Shown here: positions 9,988-19,486 of the stretch, one piece after another | How positions within the stretch are numbered: position 1 is the stretch's first letter | How the letters are laid out: each line of letters opens with the position of its first letter | From: an uncultured Alphaproteobacteria bacterium | Lineage (GTDB): Bacteria > Pseudomonadota > Alphaproteobacteria > Rs-D84 > CACZYB01 | Assembly (NCBI GenBank): GCA_934246625.1 | Contig: CAKQHZ010000001.1 | Coordinates: 434,964 to 498,963, forward strand | Direction of reading: 5' to 3' | Length of the DNA stretch: 64,000 nt | The notes under the pieces: generated by a model | Told to the model about the DNA's origin: nothing | The model's input: the letters and a program-made list of their open reading frames with translations, nothing else | Database searches by the model: none | Made by a program: the position numbers and the translations under genes

Positions 9988-10461
9988 ATGAAAAAACTTT
10001 TGGTTTTATTTATGTTGCTTAGTTTTAATGTTTTTGCGGGGGAACAACGTTTTTCAGGTGATGTCTTACCGCGATTTATGGCATTAAAGGCAAATAAAAT
10101 AAATGCCAGAGTCGGTCCAAATGTGATGTATCCTGTAAAATATGTTTATACAAAGAAATTTTTGCCTGTGGTTGTAATAAATGAATATTATGGTTGGTAT
10201 CAAATAAAAGATATGAATGGTGATTTGTCATGGGTGTATAAAAGCTATTTAACATCAAAACCGTATGCAATGACACAAAAAGATGGCGTTTATTTGTATG
10301 AAAAACCAAAAATGACAGCCGATATTTTGGCAAAGGTTAATAAGGGTATAATTTTTTCTGTGGATAAGTGCAAAGATAATTTTTGCGAAGTGAAAACAAG
10401 TTATATGGGAAACGTTTTTGAAGGCTATATTTTGGAAGATGAACTTTATGGTATAAATTAA
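9988..10461 (+). CDS. Secreted bacterial SH3-like (SH3b) domain protein
   Basis: Signal peptide MKKLLVLFMLLSFNVFA. ...YGWYQIKDMNGDLSWVYKSYL... resembles SH3b. GGAGG SD 6 nt upstream of ATG 9988. Confidence 0.6.
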   Translation: MKKLLVLFMLLSFNVFAGEQRFSGDVLPRFMALKANKINARVGPNVMYPVKYVYTKKFLPVVVINEYYGWYQIKDMNGDLSWVYKSYLTSKPYAMTQKDGVYLYEKPKMTADILAKVNKGIIFSVDKCKDNFCEVKTSYMGNVFEGYILEDELYGIN

Positions 10462-10519
10462 AGGAAGTAAAAAAAAGAGGTAGAAAAAACTACCTCTTTT
10501 TAATTTAAAGAAATTTGAA

Positions 10520-11395
10520 TTAACATTCTTCTTTCTTTGTAACGCCTTCACCAACTGCAAAACGAACAAATTTTACAATCTTTGCATCAGAAGATATTGA
10601 TTTAACAACATCTTTGATTTTCTTTGAAGGTTCCATAAAGAATGCTTGTTCATTTAAAACAACTTCTTCGTAGTATTTGTTGATTCTTCCGTTAATCATC
10701 TTTTCAACAATTTCAGCTGGCTTTCCTGATTGAAGAGCTGTGTCTCTGAATATTGCCTTTTCACGTTCAAGTGATGCTTCATCAACATTTTCAATGTTTA
10801 AGAATGAAGGTGCAGCAGCAGCAATGTGCATTGCTATTGTATCACCAACTTCAACGATTTTTGCTTTATCAGCAGATGATTCGATACCAACAAGCACAGC
10901 AATCATACCCATACCTTCTGCAACACGGTTGTGAATGTATGAAATTACTGCACCGTTTTCAACTTTTATAACATCAGAACGACGAATGTTTAAGTTTTCA
11001 CCTATTGTTGCGATTTCATTTGCTAATGCTTCGCTTACTGGCATACCATCGATTGATGCTGATTTGATTTGGTCAATATCACCATCTTTTTCAAATGCTA
11101 CATCAGCAACCTTTTTAACAAATGTTTGGAATTTTTCGTTTCTTGCAACAAAGTCAGTTTCAGAATTTACTTCTACTACTATACCCTTTGTGCCTTCAAC
11201 TTTGGCTGCAACAACACCTGCTGCTGCTTCTCTATCGCCCTTTTTTGCTGCTTTTGATAAACCTTTTTTTCTTAGGATATCAATAGCTGCTTCGATATCA
11301 CCATTTGCTTCAACAAGTGCCTTTTTACAATCCATCATACCAGCACTAGTTCTGTCTCTTAATTCTTTTACTAAACTAGCTGTAATTTCTGCCAT
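10520..11395 (-). CDS. tsf: Elongation factor Ts
   Basis: MAEITASLVKELRDRTSAGMMDCKKAL... is the canonical EF-Ts N-terminus. Start is placed at MAEIT, 1 nt after the rpsB stop. The ORF track extends 30 codons upstream, overlapping rpsB. Confidence 0.9.
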   Translation of the reverse strand: MAEITASLVKELRDRTSAGMMDCKKALVEANGDIEAAIDILRKKGLSKAAKKGDREAAAGVVAAKVEGTKGIVVEVNSETDFVARNEKFQTFVKKVADVAFEKDGDIDQIKSASIDGMPVSEALANEIATIGENLNIRRSDVIKVENGAVISYIHNRVAEGMGMIAVLVGIESSADKAKIVEVGDTIAMHIAAAAPSFLNIENVDEASLEREKAIFRDTALQSGKPAEIVEKMINGRINKYYEEVVLNEQAFFMEPSKKIKDVVKSISSDAKIVKFVRFAVGEGVTKKEEC

Positions 11396-11396
11396 A

Positions 11397-12155
11397 TTAT
11401 GCCTCCTTTTTAACTTCAACTTTTGGGTTAAGTGCTGAACCAAGGTCTGCACCAGAATTTTTAAGTTGTTCTTCAAGTCCATCAAGTATTGCTTTTACAG
11501 CCAAATCACAGTAAAGTTTGATTGCCTTTATAGCATCATCGTTTCCTGGGATTGGGTAGTTTACATTTGATGGGTCAGAATTTGTATCACAGATTGCAAC
11601 AACTGGAATATCAAGTTTGTTTGCTTCTGTAATAGCTAAGTCTTCTTTTGATGCATCAATAACAAATATTATATCAGGAGCACCGTTCATATCGATAACA
11701 CCGCCAAGAACTGCTTGTAATTTTTTGTGTTCAAGTTCCATCTTTGCGATTTCTTTTTTTGTGAAACCAAGATTTTCAGCGTTAGCAATATCTGCTTCTA
11801 ATTTTTTAAGTTTTTTGATTGAGTTTACAACAGTTTTCCAGTTTGTAAGCATACCACCCAACCAACGTGTGTTGATGTAGTATTGTCCGCACATTTCAGC
11901 TGATTCTTTTACAATGTCTTGAGCTTGTCTTTTTGTGCCTACGAATAAGATTTTTCCGCCGTTTGCAGCAGTATTTCTTAATGCAGTAAGACCAGCATGA
12001 AGCATTGGAACTGTTTTTTGTAAATCAATAATGTGAATCTTATCTTTTACACCAAAGATGTATGATGCCATTTTTGGGTTCCAACGACGTGTGTGGTGAC
12101 CAAAGTGGCAACCTGCTTCGATAAGTTCTTTCATTGTAAATTTAGGGAATGTCAT
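11397..12155 (-). CDS. rpsB: 30S ribosomal protein S2
   Basis: MTFPKFTMKELIEAGCHFGHHTRRWNPKM... is the canonical uS2 N-terminus. rpsB-tsf synteny. Confidence 0.95.
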   Translation of the reverse strand: MTFPKFTMKELIEAGCHFGHHTRRWNPKMASYIFGVKDKIHIIDLQKTVPMLHAGLTALRNTAANGGKILFVGTKRQAQDIVKESAEMCGQYYINTRWLGGMLTNWKTVVNSIKKLKKLEADIANAENLGFTKKEIAKMELEHKKLQAVLGGVIDMNGAPDIIFVIDASKEDLAITEANKLDIPVVAICDTNSDPSNVNYPIPGNDDAIKAIKLYCDLAVKAILDGLEEQLKNSGADLGSALNPKVEVKKEA

Positions 12156-12342
12156 TTTTGTATCCTTTCATTTTTTATTAGTTATCCCTCTATTCAACAA
12201 ACCGATTCTTCGGACTAAAAGGCAATTTCAAAGGGAAAAAACCTTGTGTTGAATATGTGTATTTATCTTTACTTTTTCAAATAAAGACCTTTGAAAAATA
12301 GCTTTTTTTATAAAAAAAGTCAAGTGAAATCATTAAAAATGC

Positions 12343-12371
12343 TTGCAATTTTAAAATTTTTGGGATATAAA
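12343..12371 (+). promoter_or_regulatory. Sigma-70-like promoter for tRNA-His (TTGCAA-N17-TATAAA)
   Basis: TTGCAA at 12343-12348, 17-nt spacer, TATAAA at 12366-12371. TSS predicted about 12 nt before the tRNA 5' end. Confidence 0.5.
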
Positions 12372-12390
12372 TCTTTACATCTTTTATGAT

Positions 12391-12468
12391 GGCGAATGTA
12401 GCTCAGTTGGTTAGAGCGCCAGTTTGTGGTACTGGATGCCGCCAGTTCGAATCTGGTCATTCGCCCCA
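12391..12468 (+). tRNA. tRNA-His (anticodon GTG) with genome-encoded G-1 paired to C73 and encoded CCA
   Basis: Hand-folded: G-1, acceptor GCGAATG/CATTCGC, U8, A14, anticodon stem CCAGT/ACTGG with loop TTGTGGT, T-loop TTCGAAT. Confidence 0.85.
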
Positions 12469-12561
12469 TTTCTTTGATTTTTCAATAAATTGTTGTTCGT
12501 GTTTAGGGATTAAAAAATCCCCGTATGAAACGAGGATTCTTTTTTGGTTTATTTCTTAATC

Positions 12562-15500
12562 TTAAACTTTCTTTATATCGAAACTTAAGTCTGTGTTATC
12601 AACTTTTGAAGTAAGGGCAGATTGTGCCAATGTAATTTTTGTTGATAAAACAGTTGAGGCAATTTCATTTTCATAAAGTTTTATGCCGTCAATGATTGAC
12701 TTTGTTTCTGTGTAATATGAAAGTTCAATTCTGTCAGAAACGTTAAGATTTCTGGATTTTCTTTCTTCTTGAATTGAGCGAATGAAATCGCGGATAATAC
12801 CTTCGGTTTCAAGGGCTGGTGTTAATTGAGTATCAAGAAGAACAACCGCAGAATTATCTGATGTTGCCTTGCCCTTTATATCGCCAAGGATTTCAACACG
12901 AATTTCAAATTCATTTGGTGAAAGTTCATATCCAGCAATTTTACAGATACCATTTTCGATTGTGTAATCGTTTGCCTTTGATGCCTTTTGTATATCTGCA
13001 AGTGCACGACCTAAACGTTTTCCAACGATAGGAGTATAGATATACAAGAGCTTTTTAGCATATTTATCAATATCCAATGTGAAGTGAACTTCCTTTACAT
13101 TTGATTCTGATTTAATGATTTCTGTGTATGGTTTTAGGATTTCAGCCTTTGGTGATGCTATGGTCATAGATTGCAAAGGTTGACGATTACGGATACCAAC
13201 ATCTTCACGTATATTTTTACCAGCAGAGCAAACGTCTTGGACCATATCCATTGCTTCGATAAGTTTTGTATCGATGTTTTTGTTTGCCTTTGGATATAAA
13301 TCTAAGTGAATTGATAGTTCGCCAGTTAGGTTTTTGAATATAAATTCTGTGGTAAATGGCATAAGTGGTGCCATAATTTTACACAAATCAATCAATACAG
13401 AATAAAGTGTATTGAATGCCTTTTGTTGAGTTTGTTTATCAACACTGGTGCCCCAGAATCTTTCACGGCTTTGGCGAATATACCAGTTGTTTAGAATATC
13501 AAGGAACTTTTCAACTTTGCCACAGAATGTTGCAATGTCGTATTTATCAAGATATGTGCTTGCATTTTCCTTTAATTCATCAAGTTTTGCAATAATGTAT
13601 CTGTCCATAATGTTGTCAGATGAAAGGTCGTAAGTTGCCTTTATTCCATCGGCATTTGCATATAGTGTAAAGAAGTGATATGCGTTGTAAAGTGGAATTT
13701 GTGATTTACGAGCAGTTGCAGAAACTTCAGTTCCTTCCTTTGATATTTTTGCAATTTCACCACGAAGAAGAGGTGATGAAAGTAATAACCAACGGAAAGC
13801 ATCAGAGCCGTATTTATTGAAGAATTCTGTTGGTTCGGCATAGTTGCCAAGTTTTTTTGAAAGTTTTCTTCCTTGTTCATCAAACACAAAACCAGAGCAT
13901 ACACAAGTTTTAAATGGTGCTTTGTCAAATAAAGCTACACCCATTACAACAAGTGTATAGAACCAACCACGGGTTTGGTCGGTTGCTTCGGTAATGAAGT
14001 CAGCAGGGAAATTTTTTTCGAACCAATCCTTGTTTTCAAATGGATAATGGCATGATGCAAATGGCATACTTCCACTTTCGAACCAGCAATCAAATACATC
14101 TGGAACACGACGCATCATTGATTTTCCAGTTGGGTCATCAGGATTTTTGTAGACAATTTTATCAATATGTGGACGATGTAGGTCAACAACTTTCATACCG
14201 CTGGCTTTTTCAATTTCAGCGATTGAACCAAATACATCAATTCTTGGATATTCTGGATTATCAGATTTCCATACAGGAATAGGTGCACCCCAGAAACGAT
14301 TTCGTGAAATTGACCAATCTCTTGCTCCTTCAAGCCATTTACCAAAACGACCATTTTTTATATGTTCAGGTATCCATGTTATTGTTTGGTTGGCTTTGAT
14401 TAGTTTATCCTTTATTTGTGATACGCGAACGAACCAAGAGCTCATTGCCTTATATATAAGAGGTTTATCAGTTCTCCAACAAAATGGATATGAGTGAACA
14501 AGTTGGTCCTTTTTGAAAAGTTTTCCTTCGACTTTTAATCGTGCAAGTATATCGTTGTTTGTATCGAAAACTTGTTTTCCTTCGAAATCCTTTACTTCAC
14601 AATTAAAGCAACCTGTTGAATCAATAGGGCAAAGGATAGGGAAGTTTGGGTTATAGCTTTTGCATAGGTTAAAGTCGTCTTCACCAAAACCTGGTGCAAT
14701 GTGAACAACACCAGTTCCATCTTCGGTTGAAACAAAATCACCATTTAGGACTTGGAATGCATTATATTCATCACGATATTTTTCAAAATATGGGAAAAGT
14801 GGTTTATAGTGAATACCCTTTAATTCTGAACCCATTATTTTGCCGATTTCAGTTGCACCTTCAAGTTCTTTTTTATATGCAGGGATACGAGCGGTTGCAA
14901 GAGTAAGTTTTTCACTATCTTTTTCAAAGATTGTATATTCAATGTTTGCACCTGTAGCAAGCATTAAGTTTGATGGAAGTGTCCATGGGGTTGTTGTCCA
15001 TACAAGCAATGTAAGTCCGTTTTCAAGAGCAAATTTTACAGTTGCAGTTGTGTCGGTTTTGTCTTGATATGCTTGATTTACTTCAAAATTTGATAATGGT
15101 GTTTCAGCAGCCCAAGAATATGGAAGAATACGGAAATCTTCGTAAAGAAGTCCCTTTTCATATAGGGTTTTAAATGCCCACATAATACTTTCTGAATATT
15201 CCTTGTCCATAGTTTTATATGCGTTTTCCATATCAACCCAACGGCCAAGGCGGTTTATGATACCTTTCCAATCATTTGCATAAGTTAAAACATCAATACG
15301 GCATTTGTCAGTAAATTTATCAACACCATATTCTTCTATGGCTTTTTTACCAGAAATACCAAGTTCCTTTTCCGTTTTAAGTTCAGGAGGTAGTCCATGA
15401 CAATCCCAACCCCAACGGCGGTTGACCTTTTTGCCCTTCATTGTTTGATAACGAGCAACGGTATCCTTTGTAAAACTTTGTAAAACATGACCATAGTGAG

Positions 15501-15675
15501 GAAGTCCATTTGCAAATGGAGGACCATCATAGAATACAAATTCGTTCTTTTCATCACGTTCGTCAACAGAGCGTTCGAAAATCTTTTCCTTATTCCAAAA
15601 GGCAAGAATCTTTTCCTCTATTTCAGGAAAATTGGGTTTTGTTGTGGTTTCTGGATAAATATTTTTACTTGACAT
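12562..15675 (-). CDS. ileS: Isoleucine--tRNA ligase, type 2 (eukaryote-like, 1037 aa)
   Basis: N-terminus FPEIEEKILAFW...YDGPPFANGLPHYGHVL (HIGH motif variant) and a KMSKS-region. The long C-terminal extension is typical of type-2 IleS. Confidence 0.9.
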   Translation of the reverse strand: MSSKNIYPETTTKPNFPEIEEKILAFWNKEKIFERSVDERDEKNEFVFYDGPPFANGLPHYGHVLQSFTKDTVARYQTMKGKKVNRRWGWDCHGLPPELKTEKELGISGKKAIEEYGVDKFTDKCRIDVLTYANDWKGIINRLGRWVDMENAYKTMDKEYSESIMWAFKTLYEKGLLYEDFRILPYSWAAETPLSNFEVNQAYQDKTDTTATVKFALENGLTLLVWTTTPWTLPSNLMLATGANIEYTIFEKDSEKLTLATARIPAYKKELEGATEIGKIMGSELKGIHYKPLFPYFEKYRDEYNAFQVLNGDFVSTEDGTGVVHIAPGFGEDDFNLCKSYNPNFPILCPIDSTGCFNCEVKDFEGKQVFDTNNDILARLKVEGKLFKKDQLVHSYPFCWRTDKPLIYKAMSSWFVRVSQIKDKLIKANQTITWIPEHIKNGRFGKWLEGARDWSISRNRFWGAPIPVWKSDNPEYPRIDVFGSIAEIEKASGMKVVDLHRPHIDKIVYKNPDDPTGKSMMRRVPDVFDCWFESGSMPFASCHYPFENKDWFEKNFPADFITEATDQTRGWFYTLVVMGVALFDKAPFKTCVCSGFVFDEQGRKLSKKLGNYAEPTEFFNKYGSDAFRWLLLSSPLLRGEIAKISKEGTEVSATARKSQIPLYNAYHFFTLYANADGIKATYDLSSDNIMDRYIIAKLDELKENASTYLDKYDIATFCGKVEKFLDILNNWYIRQSRERFWGTSVDKQTQQKAFNTLYSVLIDLCKIMAPLMPFTTEFIFKNLTGELSIHLDLYPKANKNIDTKLIEAMDMVQDVCSAGKNIREDVGIRNRQPLQSMTIASPKAEILKPYTEIIKSESNVKEVHFTLDIDKYAKKLLYIYTPIVGKRLGRALADIQKASKANDYTIENGICKIAGYELSPNEFEIRVEILGDIKGKATSDNSAVVLLDTQLTPALETEGIIRDFIRSIQEERKSRNLNVSDRIELSYYTETKSIIDGIKLYENEIASTVLSTKITLAQSALTSKVDNTDLSFDIKKV

Positions 15676-15737
15676 AATTGTTTCCTTTGTTTAAAATGTG
15701 TCCGTTTTAATATTTATTATAATAGTAGGATTTAAAA

Positions 15738-16514
15738 ATGAATTCAATAGAAAAAGATAGTTATTTGCGAGAAAAGTTTGCAGGAAAGCCAGTTTCTGAA
15801 GTTGAATATTGTGATGAAGAAAAAAATAAACTTGTTATTTTTGATTTTGACGAAACTTTGGTTCAAAGTAAAGATATGTTTTTTAATGCGAATAAAAGAG
15901 CGATGGAAATTTTAAACCTTCCACATAATGACTATATCGTTTCAAATATATTTATTCTTGTAAATAGTGAATATTTAGGTTGGGGAAAGGATTTGAAGGA
16001 ACAAGGTGAAATTTATGAAAATTTATATGCTCCTTTGGTGACAAAACTTTCTAATACCGAAGAATTTTTAAATCAAGTTAAGTTTTATAATGTTATGCAT
16101 TCTGTTATCAAAGAATTGGCAAAATTGAATATTGCTTTGGCGGTTGCTTCTTCTCGTGATTTATATTCTATACTTTCCGTTTTAAAGCGTGAAGGTGTAA
16201 AAGGTTATTTTGATATTATTGAAGCAACTGAGGGTGGTAAAAATTTCCGTGATAAGCCTGATACTCATATTGTTCAATATATTTCTCAGGAAGTTGGAGT
16301 TCCTCTTGAAAAGGCTGTGATGGTTGGTGATTCAAAATGTGATATTGAAATGGGAAAATCCGCTGGTATGAAAACAATAGGTGTTGGATTTGGTGCGTTT
16401 ACAAGTTTGGAAAAAATGAAATCTTGTAGACCTAATGTTTTGCTTAGTCGTAAGGAAGAATTGAAAGATATTCCTGTTCATATAAAATATTTGTTAAATC
16501 AAAAATCAAAATAA
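15738..16514 (+). CDS. HAD-superfamily hydrolase (phosphatase-like, 258 aa)
   Basis: Motif I FDFDETL (DxDxT). Later S/T and K...GDS.D motifs (...VGDSKCDIEMG). Confidence 0.7.
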   Translation: MNSIEKDSYLREKFAGKPVSEVEYCDEEKNKLVIFDFDETLVQSKDMFFNANKRAMEILNLPHNDYIVSNIFILVNSEYLGWGKDLKEQGEIYENLYAPLVTKLSNTEEFLNQVKFYNVMHSVIKELAKLNIALAVASSRDLYSILSVLKREGVKGYFDIIEATEGGKNFRDKPDTHIVQYISQEVGVPLEKAVMVGDSKCDIEMGKSAGMKTIGVGFGAFTSLEKMKSCRPNVLLSRKEELKDIPVHIKYLLNQKSK

Positions 16515-16590
16515 TATTTCATAAAGTTAGTGATATTTTTTAATTTGATTATATAATAGTCATATAAAATCAATTTAGAGGTCTTTTATT

Positions 16591-18432
16591 ATGAAGTATG
16601 ATGTTGTTGTGGTTGGTGCTGGACACGCAGGAATTGAGGCTGGTTCCGCATCTGCTAGATTAGGTCTTAAAACGGCTCTTGTAAGTTTTTCAAAAAATAA
16701 TATTGGAGAAATGAGTTGCAATCCATCTATTGGTGGACTTGGTAAAGGTCATTTGGTAAGAGAAATTGATGCTCTTGATGGTGTTATGGCAAGGGCGATT
16801 GATTTTGCAGGGACTCAATTTAGAGTTTTAAATGCTTCAAAGGGGGCTGCGGTTCAAGGTCCACGTGCACAAGCAGATAGAGAGCTTTATAAAAAGGCCG
16901 TTAATTCAATTTTGGCTGAATATAAAACTTTGGATATTATAGAAGACGAAGTTATAGAAATTCTTTTTGATGATGATTTTAAAAATGTTAAGGGTGTTGT
17001 TTTAAAGTCCGCTGGTGTAATAGAATGTAAATCAGTTGTCCTTACAACTGGAACTTTCCTTAATGGTATTATGCATACTGGGGAAGAAAAAACAAAGGGT
17101 GGAAGAATTGGTGAAAAAGCGTCCTATGGAATTACAGAATCGCTTAAAAAAGCCGGCTTTTCTATTTTACGACTTAAAACTGGAACCCCAGCAAGACTTT
17201 CAATGAAGACTATTGATTATAGTGAACTTGAGTGTCAAACAAGTGATGAAGTGCCTGAACCTTTTTCATATATGACAGATAAGATTACACAAGAATTGAT
17301 ACCTTGTTATATAACCTATACAAATCTTAAAACACATAAAATTATTACAGATAATAAAGATAGGACTCCTCTTTATAATGGGCAAATTAAATCTATTGGT
17401 CCAAGATATTGTCCAAGTATTGAAGATAAGGTTGTTCGTTTTGCTCATCACGAATCTCATCATGTGTTTTTGGAGCAAGAAGGTTATGGTTCAGATGTGA
17501 TTTATCCAAATGGAATTTCAACATCATTGCCAAAAGATGTGCAAGATGAGTTTATTCATTCTATTAAAGGGTTAGAGCATGTGAAAATTCTTCGCTATGG
17601 TTATGCGATTGAATATGATGCAATAGATGCTCGTGAGTTAAAAGCTACACTTGGTTCTAAACGCATAAAAGGACTTTATTTTGCAGGTCAGATAAATGGA
17701 ACAAGTGGTTATGAAGAAGCCGCAAGTCAGGGTATTCTTGCTGGTATCAATGCGGGATTGTTTGCAAAGGGTGAAGATGAAGTTGTTCTTGATAGGGCTC
17801 AAGCATACATTGGTGTGTTGGTTGATGATATTACAACTTTGGGTGTTGATGAACCATACAGAATGTTCACTTCTCGTTCAGAATATAGGTTAAGTATTAG
17901 GGCGGATAATGCCGACCAAAGATTGACACCTCTTGGTATCAAAATTGGGGTGGTTGGTGATAAAAGAACCGGCTTTTTCAATGAAAAAATGAAAAAAATG
18001 GACGAGTTTAAAAAGTTTTTAAAATCTCATAAACTTAATCTTAAAATGCTTAAAAGTGTTGGAATAGATGTTGTTGGTATTGCTGGAAACAATTTGTATG
18101 ATGCTTTGCGTTATGCAGAAATTGATATGAAAGTTTTAAAGCAACTTTATCCTGAAATTTCAAATTTTGATGAAAAAATTGTTAATCAAATTGAAATAGA
18201 AGGTAAATATCAAGGCTATTTAAAACGTCAACAAAAGGATATTGAAGCATATAAAAAAGACCAAAGTTTGAAAATTCCATCAAATATTGATTATGACAAA
18301 GTTGGTGGACTTACCTTAGAAGTTAGGGCAAAGTTGAAAAAGGCAAATCCTGAAACTTTGGCTTCGGCTTCTCGAATCCCTGGGATTACTCCTGCGGCTT
18401 TGACTTCTTTGTTAAAATATGTGAAAAAATAG
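16591..18432 (+). CDS. mnmG: tRNA uridine 5-carboxymethylaminomethyl modification enzyme MnmG/GidA (613 aa)
   Basis: MKYDVVVVGAGHAGIEAG FAD-binding N-terminus. Highly conserved GidA core. Confidence 0.95.
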   Translation: MKYDVVVVGAGHAGIEAGSASARLGLKTALVSFSKNNIGEMSCNPSIGGLGKGHLVREIDALDGVMARAIDFAGTQFRVLNASKGAAVQGPRAQADRELYKKAVNSILAEYKTLDIIEDEVIEILFDDDFKNVKGVVLKSAGVIECKSVVLTTGTFLNGIMHTGEEKTKGGRIGEKASYGITESLKKAGFSILRLKTGTPARLSMKTIDYSELECQTSDEVPEPFSYMTDKITQELIPCYITYTNLKTHKIITDNKDRTPLYNGQIKSIGPRYCPSIEDKVVRFAHHESHHVFLEQEGYGSDVIYPNGISTSLPKDVQDEFIHSIKGLEHVKILRYGYAIEYDAIDARELKATLGSKRIKGLYFAGQINGTSGYEEAASQGILAGINAGLFAKGEDEVVLDRAQAYIGVLVDDITTLGVDEPYRMFTSRSEYRLSIRADNADQRLTPLGIKIGVVGDKRTGFFNEKMKKMDEFKKFLKSHKLNLKMLKSVGIDVVGIAGNNLYDALRYAEIDMKVLKQLYPEISNFDEKIVNQIEIEGKYQGYLKRQQKDIEAYKKDQSLKIPSNIDYDKVGGLTLEVRAKLKKANPETLASASRIPGITPAALTSLLKYVKK

Positions 18433-18448
18433 TTTAAAAGGGGATAAA

Positions 18449-19486
18449 ATGAAACCATGTAATTGTTGCTGTTTCCCATTTGAAAGAATTATGTTAGAAG
18501 GTGATGGGGAGGTAAGTTTTTGTTGCCAAAGCAATAATTACAAGTATGTTTTAGGAAATATTTTTTCAGATTCCTTTGAGGATTTATGGTATGGTGAAAA
18601 GGCTATAAATTTTAGAAAATCGATTCTTGACGGGTCGTATAGATATTGCAATTTAGATGTTTGTGGTGATTTTTGTCCTTGGAATTGTTTTGATGCGAAT
18701 GGTAAAGATAAAGAAAAATTATTGTATCCACCATATCCAAAATATGTAAATATAAGTTATGTGTCTTCTTGTAATGTAAGATGTATGACTTGTCGAGATA
18801 AACTTTGTTTGGAACGACCTGAAGATACTGAGCAATTTGATAAAATTACAGATAAAGTTATTGATTTGTGTTGCAATGCTAAAACGGTTTATCTTGATGG
18901 TTCAGGTGAGCTTTTTACAAGTAATCATTTAAAGAAAATGGTTCATAAGTTGGTTGATAAATATCCGAATTTAAAATTTCATATACATACTAATGGTTTG
19001 CTTTGTGATGAACAGCATATTAAAGAATTTGGTTTAGAAGGTAGGATTTTATCACTTAATATTTCTATACACTCAGCAACAAAGAAAACTTATGAAACTA
19101 TAGTCAGAGGAGGGCATTGGGAACAACTTATTCAAAATTTAGAGTATATAAAAAGTTTGAATATTAAAGAAGTTTATTTCATTTTTGTTTTACATTCTCT
19201 TAATTATAAAGAAATGCCAGCTTTTGCAAAAATGGCAAAAAAGTATAATGCAAAAGCAAAGTTTTGGAGATTTAGAAATTGGGAAACATCTCAGATGTGT
19301 AGAGAAATTGATAGATATTCATGTTGGGAAAGTTGGCATCCTGATTATAAGAATTTTATAAAGATTTTAAGCAAACTTAAACGTGTAGGGAATTATATAC
19401 TTGCAGAACCTTTTTTACGAAAACTTCAAGCTGGCGCAAAGGATTCCTTTGTTGATAAAATTGTTAATTTTTTTAATAAAAAATAG
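18449..19486 (+). CDS. Radical SAM enzyme with N-terminal SPASM/twitch-like Cys-rich domain (345 aa). Function unknown.
   Basis: CxxxCxxC (SSCNVRCMTC) about 110 aa from the N-terminus. The N-terminal 90 aa CNCCC...GDGEVSFCC...LGNIFSDSFEDLWYGEKAINFRKSIL...CNLDVCGDFC resembles a SPASM auxiliary-cluster domain. Confidence 0.65.
   Translation: MKPCNCCCFPFERIMLEGDGEVSFCCQSNNYKYVLGNIFSDSFEDLWYGEKAINFRKSILDGSYRYCNLDVCGDFCPWNCFDANGKDKEKLLYPPYPKYVNISYVSSCNVRCMTCRDKLCLERPEDTEQFDKITDKVIDLCCNAKTVYLDGSGELFTSNHLKKMVHKLVDKYPNLKFHIHTNGLLCDEQHIKEFGLEGRILSLNISIHSATKKTYETIVRGGHWEQLIQNLEYIKSLNIKEVYFIFVLHSLNYKEMPAFAKMAKKYNAKAKFWRFRNWETSQMCREIDRYSCWESWHPDYKNFIKILSKLKRVGNYILAEPFLRKLQAGAKDSFVDKIVNFFNKK

Noticed and set aside
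10935-11438. 167-aa plus-strand ORF inside tsf, and similar ORFs inside infB (25893..26279, 26763..27307, 27666..28007), nusA, ileS and mnmG
   Set aside because: All lie antisense or out of frame within strongly conserved housekeeping genes. Their serine/phenylalanine-rich translations are the mirror-frame artefact of K/E-rich genes.
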